From assembly GCA_965112155.1 (NCBI GenBank), contig OZ218104.1: a stretch of 64,000 nucleotides of DNA, one strand, 5' to 3'. The translations under genes and the position numbers were made by a program. The notes under the pieces were generated by a model. It saw only the letters and a list, made by a program, of their open reading frames with translations, ran no database searches and had not been told where the DNA came from. The DNA comes from Podarcis liolepis. Lineage: Eukaryota. This document shows positions 1 to 11,582 of this stretch, piece after piece. Position 1 is the stretch's first letter. Every line of letters starts with the position of its first letter.

Positions 1-246
1 AGGCCCCCTGAGCTAAACAAAAGGGTAATGGAACTTTCAGAGCCCCTGCAGAAATCAATTAGGAAAGTGGCTGAGGAAGGGAATGGGTCCTTTGCTGGGA
101 GGTTGTGCCTGTAGCAGAATAAAGTGCTGCAGGCCAAGGCCAAGACACATCATGCACCTCTCCAAAGCATTGGCCCGAAGTGGCGCTGGGCTTCTGACTG
201 CAGGACCTGCCACTATGTGATCTACAGCCACTAAGAGGGGAGCACA

Positions 247-425
247 ATGAGAGCCTGCAGATGGAGCAGGTCAAAGGAGGCCAATCTAATCCAGCATCCT
301 GTTCTCACAGTGGCCAACCAGATGGCCCAGTTAGAAACATGCAAGCAGGGCATGAATGCAACAGCAACACCCTCACGACTTGTGATTCCCAGCAGCTGGT
401 ATTCAGAGGCATGCTGCTTTTAATT
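247..425 (-). mobile_element. CR1 LINE 3' end/UTR fragment
   Basis: Plus strand reads ...atctaatccagcatcctgttctcacagtggccaaccagatg...cagcagctggtattcagaggcatgctgc, the reverse complement of the squamate CR1 3' UTR; related copies at 13180, 34455, 48340 and 50550. Confidence 0.7.
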
Positions 426-769
426 TATTCTGAGCACCAGCTGAACATGTGCCATTGCTGCTATATGCCAAACTGGCCTCTAATGCACTTGAAGGGGAAT
501 GTGATTCCATACAGGGCAGCAAGCACACAGCCATCTGACAAAGGTCAGAGAGCATGTACATGCAGCCATTGATGGAACCATCATGCACAGGGGCTGCATG
601 AATGATCCCAGAGACTTCCACAAACTCTAGCTTTTCCTGGCTAATAATTTTGCCTTTGGGTTTCAGCACTTCTCTAGGAAGATGCCCCTTTTGCCAAGGG
701 TCTTTTCAGTTGCTAAGCAAATAGAGCAGATGTTACTATCTAGCTAAAGTAGTACAACCCCAGTTCTCA

Positions 770-1228
770 TGCTAGTTGTGCCATGCAACCCATTCAACAT
801 CTGAGATTGTGCTCCCAGTGCCCTCACTGGCAGAAGCTGGGCAGGTATCCACGAGGAGCAAGGCCTTCCCAATGGTGGTGCCAACCTTATGGGATAGCCT
901 CCCCAGAGAGACCCACCTAACCCAAACATTGTATGCCTTTAGGTGCCAGGTAAAAAGTCAGCTCTGTGGGAAGGCATTTGGAATCAGCTGGACTTGTTCA
1001 GATCATTTTTGCTAGTTTGCTACTGACATTTGTTTTGCTACTGCTATTTCCGGATAATTTTGTTCACCACTTTCTCCTGTTGCTAAGTACTTTGCGGCTT
1101 TGCTGTCTTCTATTTTTGTCTTGCTTAATTTATATTTTTGATGTTTGGATGTTTTGTAATTTGTATGTTAGCTGCTTTGAGTTTATTTATAAAGATAAAT
1201 GAGGAGATATATTTCAGTAAAACAAATA
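770..1228 (+). mobile_element. L2 LINE 3' fragment (RT C-terminus, T-rich 3' UTR and tail)
   Basis: ORF 776-1015 contains KAFPMVVPTLWDSLPRETHLTQTLYAFRCQVKSQL, matching the L2 C-terminal motif RAFSVVAPxLWNSLP...FRRQVKTxLF. It is followed by a T-rich UTR and a gttagctgctttgag...aaacaaata tail. Confidence 0.85.
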
Positions 1229-2000
1229 TCTTGTCCCAAAATGGCCAAAATTGCCTGTGTCTTCTTTGAGAAACTTGTTGGTTGTTCTTTGAGAAACATG
1301 TTGGCTACAGATTGTTGTTGGTTTGTTTCAAAAAAATTAAAGCCTCATCAGCATTCCGACTGGAGTGGAAATGAAAGGAGAACCCAGCCTTTAAAGCAGA
1401 TGGAAAAAAATAATGGAAACTTTTGTAAAAAAAAAGTTCTCAAAACGGCACAGGCATGGAGGAAGTGAAGATTATGTGGCTAGTCATCAGTGACATCACA
1501 GGCACTAGCCAATAGGTGCAGCACACATAGTGATGGCTGTGCAAGCTGTAGGGGAACATGCACATCCTTCCAGGGGTTAAAAAGTATGTGATGAGCACCA
1601 TGAATCAGGATGAAAAATGCCATTTCCCAGCAATAGCTGAGCCGCCTTCTCCCCACCAATGAGTGTCTTGTCAGCTGCACCTTTACAGGGTGGTGGAAAA
1701 GCCCCTTGTCCCTGCCAAGCAAGAATCAGCCTGGCTGCCTCAGGTCTGCTGAAGCATGCTGGGATTCGAGTTCAAAGGCCTCCTTGAGTCTTCCTTGAAA
1801 GCGAGTCTAGTGGCCTCTCTGTTTATACAGCAACTTACAGGTTAAATGAAAAGCTACTTGGAAAGCAGGCCTGGATCCTCCTATTGTGAGCCCTTCAGCA
1901 AATTTAACAAAAGGGGAGGGGGAGGAAGGGGGGAGCCCAGGCTGGAAAGGGGGGGAAGGGAAGAGTCCACTCCTCAGGCTGGTGTGTGGCAATCTGGCTG

Positions 2001-2038
2001 GTTGCTATGGAGACGTGATGACTTGTTCACATGGCAAC
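2001..2038. promoter_or_regulatory. Tandem RFX X-box-like motifs
   Basis: GTTGCTATGGAGAC (2001-2014) and GTTCACATGGCAAC (2025-2038) both resemble the X-box palindrome GTTGCCATGGCAAC. Confidence 0.5.
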
Positions 2039-3151
2039 ATACCTTAGGCCTACTATTAGCATGATGAGAATGTCGTAGGTTGCGCTCCGGAGAACACCCT
2101 CAGTGCCGGCGCATGCAGGAGCGAGGCCAGATAGAGGAGCAGCCCGGGGAGGGGAGCAGAGGAGGATATGCTGATCCTCTTGCTTTCTCTGGAAGCAAAG
2201 GGACAGGTGATGTGGTAGCTGGGGCTTCCCAGGCTGCGGATACTTTCCACACCACCACAGATGACACTGTATGCTAACCTGGCACCAGGTTTTGTGATAA
2301 GCACCCCTGTGCAGACTTCTGTCTGGGGCTTCCTTTGATTCCTGTTCCTGAGATTTCAGCAAAACAGGAAATTCATTTGCTGAGGAACGAGGGTGCTTTT
2401 TAGCCGTTTCTGACAGTTCTGAAGGACCAAAGCACCCAAGAAGAGGCGCACACGGCTGCGGTGTCTCTGGGATTTTAAGAATCCAGAAATTGCCACCTAC
2501 TTGATGGCAGCGAGAAAACCAAGGGCTCAGCCCTTGCCTGCTACTGACATGTTGGACATGGAGGGGAGAGTGACTCTCTCCCAATCACATTGCACAAACG
2601 GTTGTTTACGAAGTGAGAGAAGACCTGGGAAGGAGAAGGCCCCTCTTTGCCATCGCCTTGTGCTTGCTTGCCTTTTCAACAAACATGCAAATCCATCAGA
2701 GAGGCCAGTGTGCCTTCAGCCTACAAAAGTGGTCCTGTGCCTGATGATTGTAGGTGTGTGAAAACATCCACGATGGCAAGCTGCTGAGAATCAGTCAAGT
2801 CCCCGCCCCCCAGGCCTTTCTGGCTTGGCATTCTTGTGCCGGAACGGCATCTCTCTTGCACAGAAATAATGAGGAACAGGAGGCAGCAAGGAGCAGAGAA
2901 TTTCCAGGTGCTGCAACAGGTGCCTAAGCAATCCCACCTCCCTCCCTCCTCCTGGCCTTCTTCGCTCTTATTTTCAAGTTTTACTCCATCATGGAGTTGC
3001 TGCTTAGCACCTTGTGTGCTTAGCCATTTAATTAAAGCAAATCCATGTCCACATGCCTTGACCAGTAGAGCCAGATCCTCATTGTCATGCCAGCTGCTCC
3101 AGGAGGGACGGAGCCCCGCGCATACTAATTGGGGGAAGGCAGTGATTCATC

Positions 3152-3299
3152 NNNNNNNNNNNNNNNNNNNNNNNNNNNNNNNNNNNNNNNNNNNNNNNNN
3201 NNNNNNNNNNNNNNNNNNNNNNNNNNNNNNNNNNNNNNNNNNNNNNNNNNNNNNNNNNNNNNNNNNNNNNNNNNNNNNNNNNNNNNNNNNNNNNNNNNN
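3152..3299. other. Assembly gap (N run, 148 nt)
   Basis: Run of N. Confidence 0.99.
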
Positions 3300-3858
3300 G
3301 GAAAGGGGGAAAGGGGGGGGAATCTGGGATTAATGGGCAAATCTAAGCAGACACAAAGGAACAAAGGCTTCCCTCGCCCTTGTTTACATACCGAACAATA
3401 AGAAAACCCACAAGTGACAAGTTATGGGAAAGGCAAGTGCGAATTTTCGGCACGAGTGAGTTGGAAGACTACACGCAGTTCATTATGGATGCAGCATTTC
3501 CATACTCATTATCCTGAGCCCTTCTGGGACCAATGGCAGCTCTTTTTATTATTATGCCTTTCCTGCTAGAAGGGCGGAGGCGGCCAGTGGAGGGGGCTGT
3601 GTGATGCTGCCGGTGGCTGACTTTCAGCAAGGAGGGGTAGGGGCTCAGGGTTACAGGAGACCTCTGGCTGTAGTAGGGAAGGGATTCAGGGAAGAGTGAC
3701 AAAGGCTGGGGAGGCAGGAGGTGCTTGGGAGGCCTACATGACAGCTTGGAGGCTCCTCCAGGACCACTTTCATATTTTTGCAAAGGCCTTCCTGACTTTG
3801 TTCTCTGTATGGACTGCCCTATTCAGCTAAACTCTGCCCCCCAATGCAACTCACTCAC

Positions 3859-4038
3859 GGGGGAAGGGCTGTGACTCAGTGGCAGAGCATGCAGAAGGTG
3901 GTGCAGTCCCTAATGGCTGGGCTGAGAAAGACTCCTGTCTGAAACCCTGGAGAGCCAATGCTGCCAGTCAATGTAGACAACACTGAGCTAGAGGCACCAC
4001 TATTCTGGCTTGTTGTAAGGCAACTTCCTGTGTTCCTG
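3859..4038 (+). mobile_element. Squam2-type tRNA-derived SINE
   Basis: Head ggggaagggctgtgactcagtggcagagcat, body gaaaccctggagagcc...ctgccagtcaatgtagacaacactgagctag, tail gcaacttcctgtgttcct; same family as 27476-27663. Confidence 0.85.
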
Positions 4039-4189
4039 TGACCTGTTGGAGGTTTTTCTGGAAGACCCAGGAAGGACATCTCCTTGACTTCTGTTCCCAC
4101 CATGCCTGGGCATCCCTGAGCCCACTTCGTCCTTGGAGAGAGATTCAGGGGTTGACTTGTTAAAATGCTGTTAGTAGCAGTTGTTAATA

Positions 4190-4262
4190 TTTATTTTATG
4201 AATTATTTTTATTAGTACCCTGCCCATCTGACTGGGTTGCCTCAGCCACTCTAGGTGGCTTA
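4190..4262 (-). mobile_element. L2 LINE 3' tail
   Basis: ccctgcccatctgactgggttgcctcagccactctaggtggctt preceded by a (TTA)-like tail; reverse complement matches the L2 tail at about 52390-52440. Confidence 0.7.
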
Positions 4263-4639
4263 TTTATTAAATTTATATCACCGTCCTCCCACCCAAAGGG
4301 CTTTCTTTAGGTATCAGTTCCCATTCTCTGTGTCTCAAATAGTTCAGTCTCTGGCTGGGGGTAAGCTGGCTGGATACAAAGGCATGCAAAGGAAGGCCCA
4401 AAAATGCCACCACATTGCTCCCCTTGCTTCCTTCCCTGCCACCCAACCCACAACTGCCTATTTGGGTAAAAAAAAGAAAAGAAGGATGAAATGTCTTCAG
4501 GTTGAAGAGTAAATAAGTAACAGACAGAGAAATGCCTTCTACAGTATGTGAACCTTGGGGTGAGGAGCATCGCAAGGACACCAGTCTGTCCCTGTTTCCA
4601 TCTGGGAAATGCCTAATGCCACCACCGTCATTATAATTT

Positions 4640-4835
4640 TTAATATATTTATGGGATTTACAACGTGCCCCTCATCACAAATGATCCTGGGGCGAGTCAC
4701 AACAATATAAGGTACCATTAAAAACATCAACAAATTTATTCATCATCTGGCTTCCAATATATTCAAACTGTCCAAAGGCCTGGAGGAAAAAGAACTGTCC
4801 TCACCCGGCACCAGATGAATCTCAAGGTGAGGGGA
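4640..4835 (-). mobile_element. Degraded L2 3' fragment
   Basis: Tail-like atttatgggatttacaacgtgccc...ctggggcgagtcacaacaat and aaaggcctggaggaaaaagaactgtcctcacccggcacc (reverse of the L2 C-terminus). Confidence 0.5.
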
Positions 4836-4914
4836 GAGAAGGAGCATATTACACTACCTATTTGCCATTGCATGCCCCACCTTTTCACATAAATTTAGGG
4901 CTGCTTACAAACTT

Positions 4915-5270
4915 GGATGTGGGTGGCGCTCTGGTCTAAACCACTGAGCCTAGGGCTTGCCGATTGGAAGGTCGGCAGTTCGATTCCCCATGACAGGGTG
5001 AGCTCCCATTGTTCAGTCTCAGCCCCTGCCCACCTAGCAGTTCGAAAGCACATCAAAGTGCAAGTAGATAAATAGGTACCGCTCCCGCAGGAAGGTAAAC
5101 GGTGTTTCCGTGTGCTGCTCTGGTTCACCAGAAGCGGCTTAGTCATGCTGGCCACATGACCCGGAAGCTGTCTGCAGACAAACGCTGGTTCCCTTGACCT
5201 ATAGAGTGAGATGAGTGTGCAACCCTAGCGTCCACGATTGGACCTAACAGTCAGGGGTAACTTTACCTTT
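4915..5270 (+). mobile_element. Full-length Sauria SINE (Squam1/POM-type)
   Basis: Starts ggatgtgggtggcgctctggtctaaaccactgagcc, contains cctagcagttcgaaagcacatcaaagtgcaagtagataaataggtacc, ends ctttaccttt; flanked by direct repeat TTACAAACTT (4905-4914 and 5269-5278, overlapping the tail). Confidence 0.95.
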
Positions 5271-5715
5271 ACAAACTTGAAACGCAAGAAAAACATCATA
5301 AGAGTCATAAATAAGAATACAACCACAACATGACATAAAATAATATAGAACTGTACCATTTAGCTTTCACCCACTCTAACTTGGGCAACCAGAGCAAGGC
5401 CAGAGTGAGGCGGGGGGTAGAAGAAGCAGCAATCTTGAATCCCCACCAGGAAGCAGCTCAACTCATTGTTCCTCACACAGCTTGGCAGGTGTCAGCTGAC
5501 ATGCTGGGCATGCATACACCACTCTCCCCTTTTCTCTACACACCCAGCTTCCATGCCTTCAGCATACAGTGGTGAAGCTGAAGAGCCCTTCAGGAAAATG
5601 CTGCTTTACCTGCAAATGATTACTACTCATGCATTAGACACTTAGGTGTGGGCTTCCCTGTCTGGCAAGGGCAGAAATCAAGTGTAAAGAAAGGAGGAGC
5701 CTTCATGCACTAGGA

Positions 5716-6049
5716 CAGGGGTCTGCAACCTTTAAGACAAAAAGAGCCACTTGGACCCGTTTCTGAAGAAAAAACAACAACTGGGAGCTGCAAAACCATT
5801 GCAACATTTAAAACAAATATATCTCCGGAGCCACGATCTGACAGCGGGCGGGAAGGTGGCATCGGGACGGTGCGTGACTAACGCACACACCGCCCCCATG
5901 CGATGTCACAGCCAGTACAGCGCCCGCCACAGTGAGGAGTGTCGGGGCGCACAGTGCGCCTCCTCCCCTCGCTAGTATCCACCCCGGAGCCGCAGCAAAG
6001 ATGTAAAAGAGCCGCATGCGGCTCTGGAGCCGCAGGTTGCAGACCCCTG
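5716..6049. mobile_element. Young non-autonomous hAT (Charlie-like) MITE, 334 bp
   Basis: Perfect 16-bp TIR CAGGGGTCTGCAACCT / AGGTTGCAGACCCCTG; perfect 8-bp TSD CACTAGGA (5708-5715, 6050-6057); CpG-rich interior. Confidence 0.95.
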
Positions 6050-6980
6050 CACTAGGAGGACAAGCTTTGTTGCTTGGGACTGTTCTTGGAAGAAGAGCAG
6101 GAACTTGTCCCTGGAGCTGAGAAGCAAAAAATGCCTTCCATCATCCAGTTTCCCTGGAAAGGCTCCAGGGCAGAGCAACATCCCAGGCAGCCCCCTGGAC
6201 AGCCCAGGCTCCTAAGAGGTGCCACAGTCATGCCTGGAGGACAGAGGCTTCCTGAGTCTCCAAAGGCACCTCTGGCACACACAACTGCAAGACAATCAAA
6301 CAGAGAGCAGAATGGCCTCTTGAAGCAGGGCAGGCAGCGAGTATTGCTCAGGTGAATGGAAGCCCTCAACCCACCTCCAACATGCAGGCAAGGCTCATTC
6401 CAACTGCCTAGTACGAATAGCTTTGAGGCTTTTATGGCTTCCCTGATCCTTCACAAGCTGGGAGGCTGGGAAGGCAGGTGCTGGGACTCTGGAAAAAGAA
6501 ATTCATTGATATTGGCAGGCAGCTGAGCAGAAAGTCAGAGCTATCAGTTGTGTTTAAGCACGATTGCCACCCCACCATATTTGCTCTGTGAGACTCTCCT
6601 TTCTCTGGGGCTGTGGCTTCTGTGAATGTCATCTGTTTTGCAGGGATGTTGGCTCAGGGCTGGTGCTAAGAGAAGGAGCCGGTGGCTGCAACCACTGGAA
6701 GCTTACAGAGTTCATTGACAACTGGGACTCTTCCGTGCATCTCGCTAAAAGAGGATTAATTATGATTTGCAGATTAAGAGGTCTTTGTATTCCACAAGGT
6801 TCTCGACCGCACTGTCTGTGTTCAACAACCAAAAGTGACTCAGAGGCACTTCCCTTCATGAGCCATCCAAGGCCATCCTTGTTGCAGAGGACCTATCTAG
6901 GCTTGAAAACTAATTAGAAATGGTCCCTATCACTTTTCAGCCCTGCCACACACCTGTGTCCTCTGAGCCTTTTCCCTAAC

Positions 6981-7007
6981 CACACACACACACACACACA
7001 CACACAC
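6981..7007. repeat. (CA)n microsatellite
   Basis: Direct reading. Confidence 0.95.
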
Positions 7008-7050
7008 CCCTTCCACTTCTGGATAGAGACCAGACCAATCATTCTAAGCT

Positions 7051-7211
7051 TGTGTACACACCATTCATTTAAAGCACATCCCTGCTCCCTCTGCAATCCT
7101 GGGAACCATCACAGAGCTACAGTTCCCAGCACCCTTAACAAACTACAGTTCCCATTGTTATTTGGGGGTGGGGGAAGAAATATGCTTTAAGTGTATGGTG
7201 TGTTTGCAGCC
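7051..7211. mobile_element. Palindromic lizard MITE (PIF/Harbinger-like termini)
   Basis: gtacacaccattcatttaaagcacat ... atgctttaagtgtatggtgtgt ends, core ctacagttcccagcacccttaacaaactacagttccc; same family at 17950, 20313 and 46860. Confidence 0.75.
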
Positions 7212-7476
7212 TCTGCTTCCCACCTGTAACCTATGAGGCATGATTAGTCTGTTTTGCAGGTGAAACTTGCAAAGGGCCTTGCTTGGGGGTGGCGGCGGTA
7301 TCCTGCCTCTCCAAAATACATCCACACAAGAAGGATTATGTTTGCATGGAATCCAGCTCATCCTTTCCAGCCATGTTACTGTTCATCTTCCTTTTCTAAT
7401 GGAGGGCAGGGGGACTTTGCAATGGAATCTGGCTTGCTCAGTTGTCAAGGCACAATTACTAGTTGTGAAGGGGACA

Positions 7477-7613
7477 TCCTTGGCCAGATGACCCGGAAAG
7501 CTGTCTGTAGACAAATGCCGGTTCCCTCAGCCTGAAAGCAGAGGTGGGCACCGTACCCCATAGTCGCCTTTGATGGGACTTAACTGTCCAGGAGTCCTTT
7601 ACCTTTTTTTACC
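7477..7613 (+). mobile_element. 5'-truncated Sauria SINE
   Basis: tggccagatgacccggaaagctgtctgtagacaaatgccggttccctcagcc...gtcctttaccttttttt acc aligns with the 3' part of the copy at 4915-5270. Confidence 0.85.
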
Positions 7614-7719
7614 TGCATATGCAATATAACAGAAGAAAAGGGTATGGCTTCCTCTTCACAGTTTCCACTATGCTATCATACCCATGCACAAACCTGCTTT
7701 CTGTTCGATGCAAGGGCGC

Positions 7720-8104
7720 AGTTTTCAATGCATGTATATGGGTAGTGCCAGGAGACTAATTCACATTTGTAAATACCAGAAATCAAGAGGATGGAAGCTA
7801 TTCCATATACTGTAAACTAATAGAGTGTGTGTGTGTGCGCGCGCGTGCACGTGTGCGCGCGTGTGCTCTCCTTTACTCTTATCTTCTACAGGCCAGTTTT
7901 TCAGACCTCCTCTTGAGTCACAGTAGATAGCACAGGCATTCTTCAGAGTGGAGTGAGAGTGTGCAGGAACCACCTGCCTCAATGCTAGATCCAAAAGGAG
8001 GAAAGTTTTCAATGCATGTATATGGGTAGTGCCAGGAGACTAATGCACATTTGTAAGTACCAGAAATCAAGAGGATGGAAGATATTCCATATACTGTAAA
8101 TTAA

Positions 8105-8154
<50 letters not shown>

Positions 8155-8307
8155 CCGTGCACGTGCTCTCCTTTACTCTTATCTTCTACAGGCCAGTTTT
8201 TCAGACCTCCTCACAACCCTTGAGTCACAGTAGATAGCACAGACATTCTTTGGAGTGGGGTGAGAGTGTGCAGGAACCACCTGCCTCAATGCTAGATCCA
8301 AAAGGAG
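7720..8307. repeat. Head-to-tail tandem duplication (7720-8003 and 8004-8307)
   Basis: Both units begin agttttcaatgcatgtatatgggtagtgccaggagactaat and end cctcaatgctagatccaaaaggag. Confidence 0.95.
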
Positions 8308-8339
8308 AATCCATAAAAAGAACCCTGCTGTATCAAGCA

Positions 8340-8510
8340 ATCTTCTCCAGAACCTCTTCCAGCTCTGCAATATTCTTTTTGAGGTGAGACAATCAGAACT
8401 GTACCCAGTTGTGCCATACATTTGTATAACACTGTTGTGATATTGACAGTTTTATTTTCAATCCCTTTCTTAATGATTGCTAATTTTTTTTACAGCTGCC
8501 ACAAACTGAG
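8340..8510 (-). mobile_element. CR1 ORF2 fragment (distal part of a split copy)
   Basis: Minus-strand translation WVQF*LSHLKKNIAELEEVLEK matches the CR1 motif CVQFWSPHLKKDIVELEKVQKR. Confidence 0.85.
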
Positions 8511-8915
8511 GGTCCCTCCAGACAGGTGTTTTATTGCGGGTGTCTTCCGCAACATTTCCTTGACACAATAATAGTGCATTCATTAGTGGTGGATTTATTC
8601 TGCTTTATTAGTTGTTCTGCAGTGCTTCCCCAAAGCTACCACATCGTTGTTGTATGGAGGGTTTGCAGTGCAACAAAAGTGGGACAAAAATAAACCAGAA
8701 CTTTTGCAGTATAAAAAGTTATGGGATTTCAGCCAGACATTACAGGATATGCACTCACTGGAAATGAAACAGTATGACCACCCCAAAACTTTTGCAGGTG
8801 CAAATAGTATTGAAAGTGGGATCATACACAGCTGCCCTAATAGCAGCATGAGCATAACTCATAATGAGTGTGCAATACAGTGGACACCCCAGGGGTGGGG
8901 GGCTGAGCCCATCTC
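8509..8915. mobile_element. Putative non-autonomous DNA element inserted within CR1
   Basis: About 400 bp interrupting two collinear CR1 pieces; begins agggtccctccagacaggtgttttattgcgg, like lizard PIF/Harbinger MITE termini; right TIR not clearly preserved. Confidence 0.55.
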
Positions 8916-8919
8916 TTAT

Positions 8920-9104
8920 TTTAGCTATCCACTATGACCCCAAGGTATTGCTGCTGGTCATCACTACCAGTTCAGTCCACACGAGCATATCTGAAATTAG
9001 GATTTTTTGCTCCAATGTGCATCGCTTTATACTTGCTTACACTGAATTGCATTTGCCATTTTACTGCCCATTCACCTAGTTTGGAGAGATTCTTTCAGAG
9101 CTCT
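8920..9104 (-). mobile_element. CR1 ORF2 fragment (proximal part of a split copy)
   Basis: Minus-strand translation EL*KNLSKLGEWAVKWQMQFSVSKYKAMHIGAKNPNFRY matches the CR1 RT C-terminal region. Confidence 0.9.
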
Positions 9105-10104
9105 GAGCTTGCAAGCTAAACTTTGAAGACAGTATTATTCCACACACTTAAGTGCCTGAAAAGGGGGCACTTTGGTTGGCAGGCTGCAAAGTACGGTTGG
9201 CAGAGAGATGCACCCTTTCCGCGCACTCCAGAGCCAAGCTGCTCTTCAGAAAAAGACAAAGGGCTCAGCGGCCAAATGGGCTTGTACAATACAGCCTATC
9301 TAAGAAGACAACACAGTTCTGTCGATGGAAGCAATTGCTGCCGGCTGCATTAAGTGTTAACTGTCCAGGAATAGCTAAAAACAGCACGCTAAATGGTAAT
9401 CACTAGGTAACGTCTCCGACAGATAGGAAGAGAGGGGGGGAAACCCTGGAGTAGCTATCTTTAAAGAGAACAAGCAGATCTGAGTAATCCAATTTAGGGG
9501 AGATAAGAGTGTGCTGGTAGCCCTGTCCTTTAACTGGACAAACGCCTTCGTTCAGGTGTCAACCCCAATCCTGGAGAGGTCACCGCAATGGGCCTGCAGC
9601 CTAATATACTCCAGAATTGGCTGAGTGGATTTCCGAACAAACACGCTGGCCCAACAGAATTGATTTCCAACGGGCCGCATTGGTCCCTAACGTAATTATA
9701 CTGCAGTGAGTCAGTTCATGGCAGGCCCTGCATTTAAAGCTCCTGGTCAGCCAAAAGAAGAGGTTAGTATCACGGCCTCCGCTTCAGCCGCTTCTGTCTG
9801 CACAGGACTGTGCGGTCCTTGCTAATGGAAGCCTACAAGCAAATTGGGGTGGAGGAGAAGGGAACTTCCCTCTTGAGCCCCACTGAACCACCACTCTAAA
9901 AAGAACACAATAGACAGCAAGGAAATGCACACACATGCACACGGGTCACAGCAGACCTGGCTTGTCTCATTATACAGAGATGCTTCTAAAGGTGGAGGAG
10001 AATTTCATACTCTACCAGCGGAGCTATCCAGGCTTTCATTCAGTCCCCATTTGTCTCCTCGGGAGAAAGGGTGAGATATAAATCTTAACAAAATAAACTT
10101 CTAC

Positions 10105-10170
10105 ATCATAGAATTGTTCATTTAGAAGGGATCTTCAAGCATCATCTAGTTCACCCCCCTGCAATGCAGG
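10105..10170 (-). mobile_element. CR1 extreme 3' tip
   Basis: atcatagaattgttcatttagaagggatcttcaagcatcatctagttcacccccctgcaatgcagg; reverse complement matches 59297-59368. Confidence 0.75.
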
Positions 10171-10173
10171 GCC

Positions 10174-10511
10174 TAATTTGCACCTTCCAGGCTAATGCAT
10201 GGATTGGGACGTAATTATTCTTTGGATGTTGCACTTCTCTGATTTTTGCAGTACAATTCTCGGGTCGAAAAACATACCAAACCAGCGTGTTAAAAAGGGC
10301 ACAAAATACATTTTAGGAGGAAATATATTTATAAATCTGTACATTGAGATAAAATGCATACGTAAATTTTAAAATTGTGATAAAATCTAATTCACATTTA
10401 AATATGAATTGCAGGTGGGTACGAAAATGGGACAGAATTGGACTCATAAATGAAGACAGGTGAAAGTGACACAGACAAGACAGCCAACTGAGGCACCTCC
10501 GTCCATCATTA
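10174..10511 (-). mobile_element. Degraded AT-rich non-autonomous hAT-like element
   Basis: gcacttctctgatttttgcagtacaattctc...aaaatgcata; appears to be a reverse-orientation relative of 15800-16170 and 53390-53545. Confidence 0.55.
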
Positions 10512-11582
10512 CCTGTGTCCTCAACACTAGCTAACCTAACACAGGGGCAAAACTAGATTTTATTTCACCCAGGTGAAAGACCCAGTTTGCCACACACCCC
10601 ACGTGCATTTGTATACACTCACACACACAGGCTGGGAGCCTCAATGGCGTCCCTCTGGAGGTTTCACCCAATGTTGCCCTTACAGAGGCCTCTCAGCAAA
10701 TAGAAGGTACTGCTGCTCTCCTCCCAACCCTGGGGAGGAAATGGAAGGGGCTGCCCACTGGGGTCTTCTGAGCTCTACATCCACCCAGTGCGATACAGAG
10801 CAGACCCCTTTCACCTCCTTTGATTCCCACTTCAGATAAGGTTGATTTGATTCCCCACTTTGTTCCCAATGCAGATCTTTATTCGCAGCTTGTTCTTGGG
10901 TAGATCTTCACTCACCCCTTCTTCCTTGGCAGGGTGGTACCAATTTATGGTTTGCCTCAGGTGTCAAAATAACTTGGCCCGGCTCTGCCTACCCTCCACT
11001 GCATATGGACAATTGGCCCCCACCTTGCCACCTCTAGATGCTTCAGCTACTGCCTTTCCCTTCTCAGAATTTCCCGGTGAAGAAGGAGGCTTGTTGGGGA
11101 AGGTAGGCCAGTGGAATCTGTTCCTTCCCATGTTGCTGGCAGAGGGTGCAAAAAGAGGAAGAAAGAAGCCACAAACTTGCAAAATCCAACATGAATAAAA
11201 GGTATCCATACAGGTGCAATGTAGCTTCCCTCCCTAGTCTCCCAGGCCATCTTAGTCCACACACCCAGCCATGGAACAACAAGAAAAGTTCTCAGATTCA
11301 GGGGAATAAATTGGTACACAATACGGTCAAAATATGTGTCAAGAGAAAGTGTGAATGAGCCCTGACACTGTGCCCTCCTTGTTCCAGCAGCCCACAGATG
11401 CTCCCTGGTCACTCAGCCTCGTTCCCTATTGCCCATCTTTCCCCCAAAGCTGGAGCAAGTAGGGCCAGGTCCCAACTACATTTTTCAGCCTCCAATTAGC
11501 AGGCTCCAATTCATCACCCCGAATATCTCCTGGCATCAGAGCTGGGATTTCCGTCCTCACGCCTGGTAAATCGGTCTTCATT

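Noticed and set aside
2836-3401. ORFs spanning N runs (also 11426-11903 and 41839-42072)
   Set aside because: Open only because the gaps contain no stop codons.
8647-8937. 96-aa ORF inside the CR1-interrupting insert
   Set aside because: No transposase motifs; chance ORF in a non-autonomous element.
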